Position numbers and translations under genes: made by a program. From Eledone cirrhosa (Eukaryota): DNA of 64,000 nucleotides. The stretch is taken from contig OZ024743.1 in assembly GCA_964016885.1 (NCBI GenBank), positions 331,762,001 to 331,826,000 on the forward strand, written 5' to 3'. How positions within the stretch are numbered: position 1 is the stretch's first letter; each line of letters opens with the position of its first letter. A model generated the notes under the pieces. It was given only the letters and a program-made list of their open reading frames with translations. It ran no database searches and had not been told where the DNA came from. This document shows, in pieces, positions 49,781 through 63,288 of the stretch.

Positions 49781-51090
49781 TCTATCTATCTGTTTGTCTG
49801 TTTGTCTATCCATCTGTCTATCTGTTGTTTATCTCTTCCCCTACATATAACTATTTCTAATTAACTTCTCAATGCTCCATATATTATATATTAACACTCA
49901 ATTATGTAACTATGTCTTTGTCTATCTATCTATTGGTCTCTTTGTGAAAACATGCGGCTGAGTGACCATGGTGCTAGGCTCCTGATTTATAAGGTTGTGA
50001 GTTTAATTCCTAGACCATGTGGCATGCTGTGTCCTTGAGCAAGGTTCTTTATTTCATGTTACTCCAGTGTAGTCAGTTTTGATAACACTAGTGCCAATCT
50101 AACTGTATTCCTGTGAATCATGGTTGGTGACAATACCTATCACCAAAGCTTTAGAAGGTTGCTACACACAATGCTAAGAAGGATAAAAAACATCAAACCT
50201 CTTGACAAAATTTTCTGCAGCAACCTCCTGTCCATTAGCCATACCATTCATGCAAGGCATCTTCAACTTGCAGGTCATGAAAGGCAATGAGCCTGCTACA
50301 GAACTATCATTATGGGAGTTCACTAATGTCAAACACAAACCCCAAAGCCCTCTCAAGACATTAAAGAGACTGAGAAAGAGACAGTATTATCCTGTGAAGA
50401 ACTAAGGTAGTTAATGTTGGAAAATCGCTAATTTTTCTAGGTTGTCTCTGTTGATTAAAACCAGAATTAGCTGTTTAGTTTACATATTGAGACCCCAACC
50501 TATCCTATTTATTTTATAACATATGGGGTTTCAATTAATGTACTTTTTTTTATCATGTATAATATTTTTTAATGTCTAAAGGAAGTTGTCGCAGGAATGC
50601 TACCACTTAAAATAAAATTTTGCCGGAGATAGATGAACAAAAGTTAATAAGCAGAGGGTATTGGAATAAAAATGGAGGTGGTGGAAAAAATCTGAAAAAT
50701 GAATAAGTGGAGAGAGGTGGGGATGGTTATTCAAGACCCAAGAGTACATAGTTACATTGAGTAAAGAATTCAATTATTTCAGAACAACTAACTTAATATT
50801 AGGTGATGACATTGACAAGATTAAAAAATGGACGATATTTATAATGATAATGACAACAATGATGATGATGATGATATCTATGGTAATGATATTTTATAAT
50901 GAAGATGATGATGACAATCATGAAGATGATAATAAGGATGATGTTTATAATAATGGTGATGATGATGATGAGGTTTATGAAGATGATGATGATGGTAAGA
51001 TGATAATGATGGTATTGATGTTGGTAACAATCAATGTTTATAATAATGGTGATGATGGTGATTCTAGCTATAGTTAAATTTCCACTTTAC

Positions 51091-51150
51091 CTGTAACTGC
51101 ACATAAACAGGAAGAATATATTTGTACTCACCTGTAATAAAGAGAGAAAA
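51091..51150 (-). other. Candidate recursive splice site or 41-nt exon
   Basis: Minus strand TTTTCTCTCTTTATTACAG|GTGAGT at 51132/51131, and a second CAG|GTAAAG at 51091/51090. Confidence 0.4.
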
Positions 51151-52275
51151 TATAAAGAAACTTTGATAACATAATACAATTGTTATGGTTTTGTTAATGA
51201 TAAACTTATATATAAAGATGGAAAAATATGTGATGGTACTGTCTGTGAGAATTGAACCATGTACCTACAGTGTGTGTGGGTGTGTGTGAGCGTGTGCACA
51301 CTCACACACACCCTGTGACCTATAAAGAACACATATTGGAGAGAGGGAGATGGAGAGATATGGATAGGTGGAGAGATGGAGAGAGGCAGAGGAGATATAC
51401 TGAGAGAAAGGAAGAGAGGTATAAAGAAAGAGGGAGAGAGAGAAAAGAATAAAGAGGGATAGAGAGGAGAGAGGGGGATTAAAGAGAGAGGGAGTGAGAA
51501 CCAGAGTGAGAGAGAGAGAGAGGAGTGAGTTCTGTATAAAGATTGGTATGGTGCCGATACAGTATTAGCTAGAGTTAGAAACTAAAAGATTTGACAGTGA
51601 GGAAAATCAATATATTATTTGTTGTCGAGTTTTCTTTATCAATGTTGATCATCGTTAGTTAAGTAGATTGTATTTGAATATGTAAGTAAAAGTGATTTGG
51701 TGAAGTTGGTGAGGTTAGTGAGGTCATCTGTACTAGTACTCACTGATACAGAGAGAGAGATAAGCTGTTGTGTGTTTATATAGGATAACTGCGGTTTAGA
51801 AACAGTATTTACAAGACAACAGATCAAAGAGAATATAGATAGATTTTTCTTCTTTTTTTTTAGCTTGAGAAATGGGGAATATTTTTATGGATATCCCACA
51901 AAAGAAATATCCTAACTTTAATGGATATTATGCATAAGAACAACCAAACCTTTACAGAAGTTAATAGCAGTTAATCTTAAGTGAAGCTCAGTGAAAGAAA
52001 TCCAAAGAAAACAGCCAAGCCCTCATCCTAACACATGATAAAAGAACTTAAATAAACCTCAGAGTTTATGTGATGCAGCTACTACACAGTAACAAGATTT
52101 AAGTGAGAAATTATAATAACCTTATATTTCATGAAATTAAAAATCAAACTGCTTATTATCATCATCATCATTTTTATGTTTGCTTTCCATGCTGGCATGG
52201 GTTGTGTAAGAGTTTTTTCAGGAAGTATTCTATGATCGGATACCCTTAAGTAAGTTACTGAACTGCTGAAATATG

Positions 52276-52505
52276 GGACTTTTGTTCATAAACAAATGTA
52301 ACCAGTATTAAATACAAAGCTAAATCTTAGAAACACACAAACATACATGGTAGGCTTCTATACAGTTTCTGTCTACTAATGTTGCTTGCAAAGCATTGGC
52401 TAGCCCAAGACTGAAGAATAAATATGCCCAATACAGTGGGAGAGAACCCCAAACCAAGTGATTGGGAAGCAAATTTAAACACATAGACATTCCTGTGCCT
52501 ACTTG
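52276..52505 (-). mobile_element. SINE family C; inverted partner at 56965-57197
   Basis: GCTTGCAAAGCATTGGCTAGCCCAAGACTGAAGAA is the reverse complement of the sequence at ~57052-57087. Confidence 0.7.
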
Positions 52506-52536
52506 TCTAACAAGACATATTCGCATTGTCTGATTG

Positions 52537-55334
52537 GTGAGATTTGTTATATTTTGAGAGGGTCACATTGGTGAGACTTGTATTTTGAGAGGGTCACATT
52601 GGTGAGACTTGTATTTTGAGAGGGTCACATTAGTGAGACTTGTATTTTGAGAGGGTCACATTGGTGAGACTTGCTGTATTTTGAGAGTGTCACATTAGTG
52701 AGACTTGTATTTTGAGAGGGTCACACTGGTGAGACTTATATTTTGGGAGGGTCATATTAGTGAGACTTGTATTTTGAGAGGGTCACATTGGTGAGACTTG
52801 CTGTATTTTGAGAGGGTCACAATAGTGAGACTTGTATTTTGAGAGGGTTACATTGGTGAGACTTGTTGTATTTTGAGAGGGTCACAGTAGTGAGACGTGT
52901 ATTTTGGGAGGGTCACATTGGTGAGACTTGCTGTATTTTGAGAGGGGCACATTAGTGAGACTTGCTGTATTTTGAGAGGGTCACATTAATGAGACTTGTA
53001 TTTTGAGAGGGTCACATTAGTGAGACTTGTATTTTGAGAGGGTCACATTAATGAGACTTGCTGTATTTTGAGAGGGTCACATTGGTGAGACTTGTATCTT
53101 GAGAGGGTTACATTGGTGAGACTTGTATCTTGAGAGGGTTACATTGGTGAGACTTGCTGTATTTTAGGAGGGTCACATTAGTGAGACTTGCTGTATTTTG
53201 AGAGGGGCACATTAGTGAGACTTGCTGTATTTTGAGAGGGTCACATTAATGAGACTTGTATTTTGCGAGGGTCACATTAGTGAGACTTGTATTTTGAGGG
53301 GGTCACATTAATGAGACTTGCTGTATTTTGAGAGGGTCACATTGGTGAGACTTGTATCTTGAGAGGGTTACATTGGTGAGACTTGTATCTTGAGAGGGTT
53401 ACATTGGTGAGACTTGCTGTATTTTGGGAGGGTCACATTAGTGAGACTTGTTGTATTTTGAGAGGGTCACAATAGTGAGACTTGTATTTTGAGAGGGTCA
53501 CATTAGTGAGACTTGTATTTTGAGGGGGTCACATTAATGAGACTTGCTGTATTTTGAGAGGGTCACATTGGTGAGACTTGTATCTTGAGAGGGTTACATT
53601 GGTGAGACTTGTATCTTGAGAGGGTTACATTGGTGAGACTTGCTGTATTTTGGGAGGGTCACATTAGTGAGACTTGTTGTATTTTGAGAGGGTCACAATA
53701 GTGAGACTTGTATTTTGAGAGGGTCACATTAGTGAGACTTGTATTTTGAGAGGGTCACATTAGTGAGACTTGTATTTTGAGAGGGTCACATTGGTGAGAC
53801 TTGTATTTTGAGAGGGTCACATTGGTGAGACTTGCTGTATTTTGAGAGGGGCACATTAGTGAGACTTGTATTTTGAGAGGGTCACATAGGTGAGACTTGC
53901 TGTATTTTGAGAGGGTCACATTAGTGACATTTGTATTTTGAGAGGGTCACATTAGTGAGACTTGCTGTATTTTGAGAGGGTCACATTAGTGAGACTTGTA
54001 TTTTGAGAGGGTCACATTAGTGAGACTTGTATTTTGAGAGGGTCACATTGGTGAAACTTGCTGTATTTTGAGAGGGGCACATTAGTGAGACTTGTATTTT
54101 GAGAGGGTCACACTGGTGAGACTTGTATTTTGAGAGGGTCATATTAGTGAGACTTGTATTTTGAGAGGATCACATTAGTGAGACTTGTATTTTGAGAAGG
54201 TCACATTGGTGAGACTTGTATCTTGAGAGGGTTACATTAGTGAGACTTGTATTTTAAGAGGGTTACATTAGTGAGACTTGTATTTTGAGAGGGTCACATT
54301 AGGGAGACTTGCTGTATTTTGAGAGGGTCACATTACTGAGACTTTTATTTTGAGAGGGTCACATTGGTGAGACTTGTATTTTAGGAGGGTCATATTAGTG
54401 AGACTTGTATTTTGAGAGGGTCACATTGGTGAGACTTGCTGTATTTTGAGAGTGTCACATTAGTGAGACTTGTATTTTGAGAGGGTCACACTGGTGAGAC
54501 TTATATTTTGGGAGGGTCATATTAGTGAGACTTGTATTTTGAGAGGGTCACATTGGTGAGACGTGCTGTATTTTGAGAGGGTCACAATAGTGAGACTTGT
54601 ATTTTGAGAGGGTTACATTGGTGAGACTTGCTGTATTTTGAGAGGGGCACATTAGTGAGACTTGCTGTATTTTGAGAGGGTCACATTAATGAGACTTGTA
54701 TTTTGAGAGGGTCACATTAGTGAGACTTGTATTTTGAGAGGGTCACATTAGTGAGACTTGTATTTTGAGAGGGTCACATTAGTGAGACTTGCTGTATTTT
54801 GAGAGGGTCACATTGGTTAGACTTGTATCTTGAGAGGGTCACATTGGTGAGACTTGTATCTTGAGAGGGTTACATTGGTGAGACTTGCTGTATTTTGGGA
54901 GGGTCACAATAGTGAGACTTGTTGTATTTTGAGAGGGTCACAATAGTGAGACTTGCTGTATTTTGAGAGGATCACATTAGTGAGACTTGTATTTTGAGAG
55001 GGTCACATTAGTGAGACTTGCTGTATTTCTAGATGTTCACATTGGTGAGACTTGTATCTTGAGCGGGTTACATTGGTGAGACTTGCTGTATTTTGAGAGG
55101 GTCACATTAGTGAGACTTGCTGTATTTTGAGAGGGTCACATTAGTGAGACTTGCTGTATTTTGAGTTGTTCACATTGGTGAGACTTGTATCTTGAGAGGG
55201 TCACATTGGTGAGACTTGCTGTATTTTGGGAGGGTCGCATTAGTGAGACTTGTATTTTGAGAGGGTCATATTAGTGAGTCTTGTATTTTGAGAGGGTAAT
55301 ATTGGTGAGACTTGTATTTTGAGAGGGTCACATT
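52537..55334. repeat. 31/34-bp minisatellite, about 85-90 copies, with higher-order blocks
   Basis: GAGGGTCACATT(A/G)GTGAGACTTG(CTG)TATTTTGA. Confidence 0.97.
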
Positions 55335-55830
55335 TATCAATTAAAAATAAAACATGCATTGGTTGTATATTTCTTTACTGTTAACTTGTTAATGAGACGA
55401 GAAGACAGGCAGCCTAATGGTTAATGTATTGATCTCATGATCACAAGGACATGGGTTCAATCCTCAGAGCAGGTGGTGTGTTATATTCTTAAGCAAGACA
55501 CTTTATTTCCTTCAGCTCCACTCCACTGAAAAACTGAATACCAGCAACAGCTGAAGGTTAACCTTGCCATGGTATGGTGTCTCTTCCATGTGGGAATCAT
55601 CTACCCTCAGTCACTTAATGCCACATGAAACTGACATAAACTCTTGCTTGATGAGCCTCTAGACTCAACAAATACTCCAACCCTTTAATTACAGTATTTC
55701 TAATGAAAGACGCTATAGTATTCAAGTAATTTTGAATATAACTAAGAATTTGGAAGGACTTAATAATTTAACTAACTTTCTCATTATCATGCTAATGTTT
55801 GGAGCATAACACAAAAGTTCATAAATAAAA

Positions 55831-55966
55831 TAATTGTTTCTACTTTTGGCACAAGGCCAGCAATTACCCAGTGTATAACTGGTACTTTATTTGAACTCAG
55901 AATGGAAAGGGCCGTAACTCTTTGCGTCAAAGCATGGCGTCCGACCCTCTACCGATACTGCCAATG
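55831..55966 (-). mobile_element. SINE family A with internal deletion
   Basis: GGTACTTTATT joined directly to TGAACTCAG. Confidence 0.75.
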
Positions 55967-56442
55967 CAAGTTTAAGATGAACAACTTAATATTGTAGAAC
56001 CAGAGATGGTTTCAGGCAATTTGGTTATCAAGAGTTAAACTTCTTAATTACTGAACATTTTTTCAATACACTACTATGATCTTATCAGTACGTTGTCAAA
56101 ACAGAAGTATACTACAACCAATACATGTGCTTTCAAATAGTAAAATGTTTCACCCAAACTACAACAATTATTGACTCCCCATAGAAAATCTTGCAAACCA
56201 AATATAAAAACCGATTTAAATACAATTAGATAAAAATAAACACACATGTGCACACACACTCATGTATATAACACACGTACACACTACATAATGATAAAGA
56301 GAAAAGAAAAACAATTAAGTAGACACAGAGGGTTAAAATAATTATTAAGAAGATCACAGGATAGATGAAAACACTTTGACAATTAAAGAACCATTATTTG
56401 GTTATTAAAACCACCAGTGAACAAATTAGTAACCTAATAAGA

Positions 56443-56890
56443 GTTTCTGATTTAGGTACATGGCCAATAATTTTAGGGGAGGGGAAAGTTGATTAAATAA
56501 ACCCCAGTGTGTTACTGGTACTTTATTTTATTGAACCTGTAAGGATGAAAGACAAAGTTAACTTCAGCAGGATTTGAATTCAGACATAAAGGGACGTAAT
56601 TATATACTTCAAAGCATGTTGTCTGATGTTCTACTGATTCTACTGCCAATCCACCACTCTTAATTGGTAACCTAATAATTCTGATTTAAACACAAGGCCA
56701 ACAATTATTTCTGGAGGAGAGAGAAAGTCGATTAAATCGGAATCAGTGCATTACTGGTACTTTATTTTATTGAACCCTGTAAGGATGAAAGGCAACGCTA
56801 ACCCTGGCAGGATTTGAACTCAAAACGCAAAGAAACATAACTATATGCTGCAAAGCATGTTGTCCGATGTTCTACTGATTCTACTGTCAA
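56443..56890 (-). mobile_element. Two tandem long-variant SINE family A copies
   Basis: Bounded three times by ATT(A/G)GT(A/T)ACCTA.TAA. Confidence 0.8.
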
Positions 56891-58784
56891 CCCTTAATTA
56901 GTTACCTAGTAATAAAACCAAAGTGAAACCTAACTTCTTTTGCCAGTGTTTTATTGGCACCATGGCCCTCCAAAACTATATGTGATTAAGTTTGCTTCCC
57001 AATCACTTGGTTTTGGGTTCTATCCCACTGTATGACATTGGTTATGTGTCTTCTTCAGTCTTGGGCTAGCCAATGCTTTGCAAGCAACATTGTAGACAGA
57101 AACTGTATGGAAGCCCATCGTGTATATGTGTGTTTCTAAGTTTTTGCTTTGTATTTAACACTGTTTGTACAAGTGGTTACATTTGTTTATGTCCCACAAT
57201 ATTTTTTTTTAAACTAAAACTGTTTAGTTTCTATTGTACCAATCTGTTGAACAGACTAAAAGTTATATAATAATCGGTACCTTTATTTTTAATTTGTAAT
57301 ATTTTTTTTTAACTACCCCATCATGTGGAAATTAATTATCCAGTTATTTAAGTTTAAAAAAAGTTAAGCCATAAAATAATGCTGGATCAATGAGACACAA
57401 AACCTATGTGATTGATAGGAAGGACACTTAAAAGCTTTGTTGAATTTATAAAGTAAACAACATTTCACAGTTACTGAACTACAAATATAAAAATGTGATG
57501 AGGGAATTTCAAGTAATAGATACTGAAATCTGGAATCAATATCCTATTTTATACAGTTCAATACTATTTTTAAAGTCAATCAATTTTTGTTTGTTGTTTT
57601 TCTATTTCTTTTTATAAGATCACAGAGATTTAATTGCCAGTGCAATATGAATAAATATATTATAAATATTTTAGGAGAGAATCTTTATTGACACACAGAA
57701 AGACATCATGCCTGATACTAAAACATATTTCATGATAATAGAGATATTTGTGGGGAGGAAAATAAAAAAACAACAAATATATGATTGGTATTTTTAATAC
57801 CAATGAAATGTAGGATCACAATACCAAAGAGATGAAAAAAATCCATTATAGATATATTTAGAAAATTTTAAACAATTTTCTCTCAAAATAATAACAAATT
57901 TATATAGAACATGGCATACTTTAGAATAAGGAATTCTAAGAGTATGGCAGAGATGGAACCCCCAAAACTAGGTCATATTGTCAGATTACCTTTGAAAAAC
58001 ATGTATGTATATAAGTGTGTATGTATGTGTGTATGTGTGTATGTATGTATGTGTGTATGTATGTATGTATGTATCTGTGTATGTAGGTATGTATGTATGT
58101 CAGAATCTTTTAGGCTCCGGTTCTCTGTTCTTTTTCCTTTATATCTGAGGGTTTGTGGTAAAAATCAATATTGAGAGATAGAGAAAGAGAGAAACAGACA
58201 GATTATATATATATATATATATATATTAGAGAGAGAAAGAGAGAGAGAGAGAGAAGGGGGAGAGAGGGGGCAGACAGACAGAGAAAGGTAGGTAGAGAGA
58301 GAAAGACAGCAATAAAGAGAGAGTGATAAATAGAGAAGTAGATAAAAAGAGAGAGAGTTAGTTAGAGATAGGGGTAAATAGAGAGGTAAATAGAGATAGT
58401 TAGATAGACAGAGATAGATAGAGATAAAAACAGGGTGACAGAGAGAGTAAATGAAAACAATCCCAACAGTTAGAATAGATAAAAGGATTTTGGCATCATT
58501 GAAACAGATTTAAAAAGTAGTAATAAACCTATTTGTATATCTATTCTAGTCTGAGAAGTGACAGAAGTGTTAGAGCATTGATTGAAATGTCATGTAGAAT
58601 AAATATTCCAATTTCTTGTGATCTGGTTTCAAATCTCACCAAGGTCAACTTTGACTTTCATCCTTCCATGATCAACCAATAGGTATCAATCTAAAGCAGA
58701 TGATTGACTAAATTGTTAGAGCTTCAGACATAATATTTTGTGGTTTTTGTTCCATTTTCTTTTATTCTGAATTCAAATCCTGTA

Positions 58785-59500
58785 GTGGTAGATTTAATCC
58801 ATCGCTCAGTTTAACACCACCACCTGACCCTTGGATGGTGGTAGATTTAATCCATCGCTCAGTTTAACACCACCACCTGACCCTTGGATGGTGGTAAATT
58901 TAATCCATCACCCAGTTTAACACCACCACCTGACCCTTGGATGGTGGTAGATTTAATCCATCACCCAGTTTAACACCACCACCTGACCCTTGGATGGTGG
59001 TAAATTTAATCCATCACCCAGTTTAACACCACCACCTGACCCTTGGATGGTGGTAGATTTAATCCATCGCTCAGTTTAACACCACCACCTGACCCTTGGA
59101 TGGTGGTAGATTTAATCCATCGCTCAGTTTAACACCACCACCTGACCCTTGGATGGTGGTAGATTTAATCCATCACCCAGTTTAACACCACCACCTGACC
59201 CTTGGATGGTGGTAGATTTAATCCATCACCCAGTTTAACATCACCACCTGACCCTTGGATGGTGGTAAATTTAATCCATCACCCAGTTTAACATCACCAC
59301 CCAGACATTAGATGGTAGATTTAATGTCACCCAGTTTAATAATACCACCTGGCTTTTGGATGGCAAATTTCATCTGTTGATCAGTTTAACACCACCACCT
59401 GACCCAAAGATGACAGATTTAATCCATTTCCCAGTTTAAGACTACCACTTGACCCTTGGATGGTAGATTTAATGTCACCCAGTTTAACACCATCACCTGC
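58785..59500. repeat. 53-bp minisatellite, about 13 copies, decaying rightwards
   Basis: GTGGTAGATTTAATCCATC(GCT/ACC)CAGTTTAACACCACCACCTGACCCTTGGATG. Confidence 0.95.
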
Positions 59501-59919
59501 TTTCCATTCTTGCATTGGTTGAATAAGTTATTACAGTTTTAGCCTAAAGACATTGGGAGTAACTACACTTTGCTTATATTTTCCATTGCCTTTCCTGATA
59601 CCAACCACTTTGCAGAATGTACTGGGTACATTTTATTGGAGTGACAGGGAGGTTATCCAGCCATAGAAAATTTGCCAAACAAAGGGTGAAGAAGATGCTT
59701 CAGTTGTGTCCTCCCATGATAACCTCCCTAGAACTAGTGCCATAATGAAGTGAACCTTACCAACCTTTGGTACCAGTTAAATGGTGACGATGATGATGAT
59801 ATAGCCTTTATATATATATATGAGAGAGAGTGAGAAAGTAGAATCGAAGTCAGTGTTTCAACATATGTACAAACTTTATTGACATATTACAATTGTTTTA
59901 ATATTATATGGTACAATCA

Positions 59920-60082
59920 TAATTGTTTCTACTTTTGGCACAAGGCCAGCAATTACCCAGTACACTACTGGTACTTTATTTTATCGACCCCGTAAGGATG
60001 AAAGGCAAAGTTAACCTCGACGGAATTTGAACTCAAACCGTAAAGGGACGTAACTATGCTAGAAAGCATGGCGTCCAACCCT
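59920..60082 (-). mobile_element. SINE family A
   Basis: Nin-like domain and tail. Confidence 0.85.
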
Positions 60083-61732
60083 GAAAGGGCGCAACTCTTC
60101 TTTGACATCTCCTAAGATATGCTAGTGTAAATGTGCAAAGATATCTAAACTAACACACACGCATACACACATACGTACATACATATTGCATTTTTTCAAT
60201 ATATAATCATCTGTCCCCTTTCGGTGTTGATGTCATATGATAAGGTTGGACAAGGGATTAAAAAAAATAAGCTGGTTTTTTTCTTAAAGCCCCAAAATGT
60301 TTGTTGAGAATATTGGGAATATCAGAGCCAAAGTTTTTTTTATTGATCTCAATAACTGTTGAAAATATTGATCACTGTGAACACTGATTTCATCATTCCA
60401 AAATCTTTCTTTCCACAAATCTTTGATTAAACAGCAAACTATCCTAAATTGAATTGGGTGTGTTTGGAACACTGGCAAGGATTTTTTCTGTCTATTTAGT
60501 TTTTGTTTTTATTTTTGCTGTGCGTGTGTATGTGTGTGCGTGTGTATTTTTTTTTTTTTTTTCATTAAAGCAAGATTCTTGTTTCTATGGAAACAACATC
60601 CCCTCCCCTCAAGAAAGAAAAAAAACTAAACACATCAGCTGTTTAGTGTGTTCACCATTCTGTCATGTGGTTCCATCAACCATTTATATATACACTCACA
60701 CCATCTTTCTCGTCCATTATTCCACAATAAAAAAATTATTATTATTATTATGACATTTACAACAACACTGATGTCTACAATAACACTGTCTTTCTTTCTC
60801 TCTTAATCTGACAACAACACTGATGACTAGCATAATTCTCTCTCTCTCTATCGAGAGAGAGAGATGGGTAGGCATATGTGTGTATGCATGTGGTTCTCTC
60901 TCGCTCTCTCATATATATATATATATATATATAAAACCAACAACGCTAGCATCTTTACAAGTGGACAGAACTTGTGGAAATTTTCAATAAACCAAAGACT
61001 TTAATATTTAATGTGATGCAGTACATAGTGCTGCTTTTGTACTTTAAAAGAATGTCTTGCTAATGTGATTTCATGTGGTACAGGAGGTTAAGGGTCAATT
61101 CTCAACCAATCACAGAAAGTGTTCCATCAAAGGCGAAATCAGTAAACCAACAAATCTACAGATCATCTTCTCGACAAATGGTGCCAAGTTTAACGGAAGA
61201 AAAATGTATAATTACTGTGGAACTTGATTATTTTTTTAATAGAAGACAAATTATCCTTATTATCCCTTTACATTCAATCCTGCTGAGGTTAGCTTTCCCT
61301 TTCATCTTTATGGAGTCGATAAACTATATATTCTCGTCTGTTTTTTCAAGTCCAGCAGTTGCAAGAGCAGGAGGGATCATCTTGATGAGAACCAGTCCAG
61401 TTCGGAATGCTTCTGCTGGACACCACCAAGAGGCAATAGTCGCCAGTGTTTTTGCATAGCTACGGCTTTCTAAATGTTTATTTATAAACATACCTTATTT
61501 CTTTAGAAATACGAAATTCCAATACATATTTGTATACAGCTATGCTTGAAGTTAAATTCTAATTATATATATATCATCATCATCCTCAATGTTTAACGTC
61601 TATCTTCCACGCTAGTATGGGTTAGATGGGAATTGTGCCACTTGAGGGAATTGTGTCACTTGAGGTGACCATGTCTTGCTCATATAGGACTATCTGGCAG
61701 GATATATATATATGAATTAAGAAAAGCAGAAC

Positions 61733-63225
61733 AGGTGGGCTCTTAGAAAACTAGGAGTAGATGAATGGCTTGTGAAAGCGGTACAAGCCATGTATAGGGG
61801 AGCAGTCAGCAAAGTTAGGATTGGCAATGAGTATAGCGAGGAATTTAGCGTACAGGTTGGGGTCCACCAGGGCTCTGTTCTTAGCCCTCTCCTGTTCATC
61901 ATAGTCCTGCAGGCAATAACGGAGGAGTTTAAGACCGGATGCCCATGGGAACTCCTGTATGCTGATGACCTCGCACTCATAGCTGAATCTATGGTAGAAC
62001 TAGAGAATAAATTCCAAACCTGGAAGCAGGGACTAGAGAGAAAGGGCCTCAAAGTCAACATGACAAAGACTAAGGTCCTTATAAGTAGACGAGAAAACAG
62101 AACCCAGATCCCCTCAGGGAAATGGCCTTGCTCAGTATGTAGGAAAGGTGTAGGTAGGAACTCCATTCTTTGCCCCAAATGCAAACAATGGGTACACAAG
62201 AGATGTAGCGGGATCTCAGGAAGCTTAATTAAGAATGTAGGATTCACATGCAGCAGCTGTGCTGAAACAGCAAGCAAACAGCCACAGGAAACAAGTACCA
62301 CCAATCTCTGGGAGGGCCCTGTAGAAACAGTAGACAGCTTCTGCTACCTAGGTGACCGAATTAGCAACGGAGGTGGGTGCTCAGAAAGTACAATAACTAG
62401 GGTAAGAACGGGATGGAAGAAGTTTAGGGAACTACTACCACTGCTAGCTGCAAAAGGCTTCTCCCTCAGAATGAAAGGCAGACTGTATGATGCGTGTATC
62501 CGAACAGCGATGTTGCATGGTAGTGAGACCTGGGCGCTGAAGGTGGAAGACTTACGTAGATTAGAGAGAAACGAAGCCTGCATGCTCCGATGGATGTGTA
62601 ACAGTAATATACGTGAACGACAAAGCATAAATGAATTGAGAGAGAGACTGAGCATAAGAGGAATCAAATGCTGCGTGCAGGAGAGGCGGTTATGCTGGTA
62701 TGGACATGTGATGTGTATGAAGGATGACAGCTGCATAAAAAGGTGCAGAGCACTAGAAGTTGATGGAAACCGCGGAGTGGGGAGACCCAAGATGACTTGG
62801 GATGAGGTGATAAAAGCCGACCTTACCCAACTACACCTCTCAAAGTCAATGACACACGACCGTGACCTCTGGCGTCACGCAGTAATACAGGGTACCCGAC
62901 CTCCCATGGGTACATGCTGAAGCATATAAACAATATGCCCCCCCCCCCCCCCCCCCACCGCAAGGTGGTCGTGGAGGTGCCACGGCAAAAAAGCACCCAG
63001 CCCACACTGTAAAGTGGACGTGTAGGCGCCACGAAAAAGCACCCAGCACTCACTGTAAATGAGGTTGGTGTTAGGAAGGGCATCCAGCTGTAGAAATCAA
63101 GCCAGATCAGTTCCTGTATGAGCAAGGCATGGTCAGCCGACCAGACACTGCCCACAACAGGACAACCCGTCTAACCCATGCTAGCGTGGAAGAACGGACG
63201 TAAAACGGTGATGATGATGATGATG
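61733..63225 (+). mobile_element. 5'-truncated RTE LINE (subfamily 2)
   Basis: ORF 61772-62920: GVHQGSVLSP, LYADD, PHD-like finger, RTE C-terminus; modular 3'UTR; (GAT)n tail. Confidence 0.95.
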
Positions 63226-63288
63226 AGAACAAACAAACATTAAACAATTCTTTAAAAAAATTTAAAAAATGATTTACCTGTTCATAAT

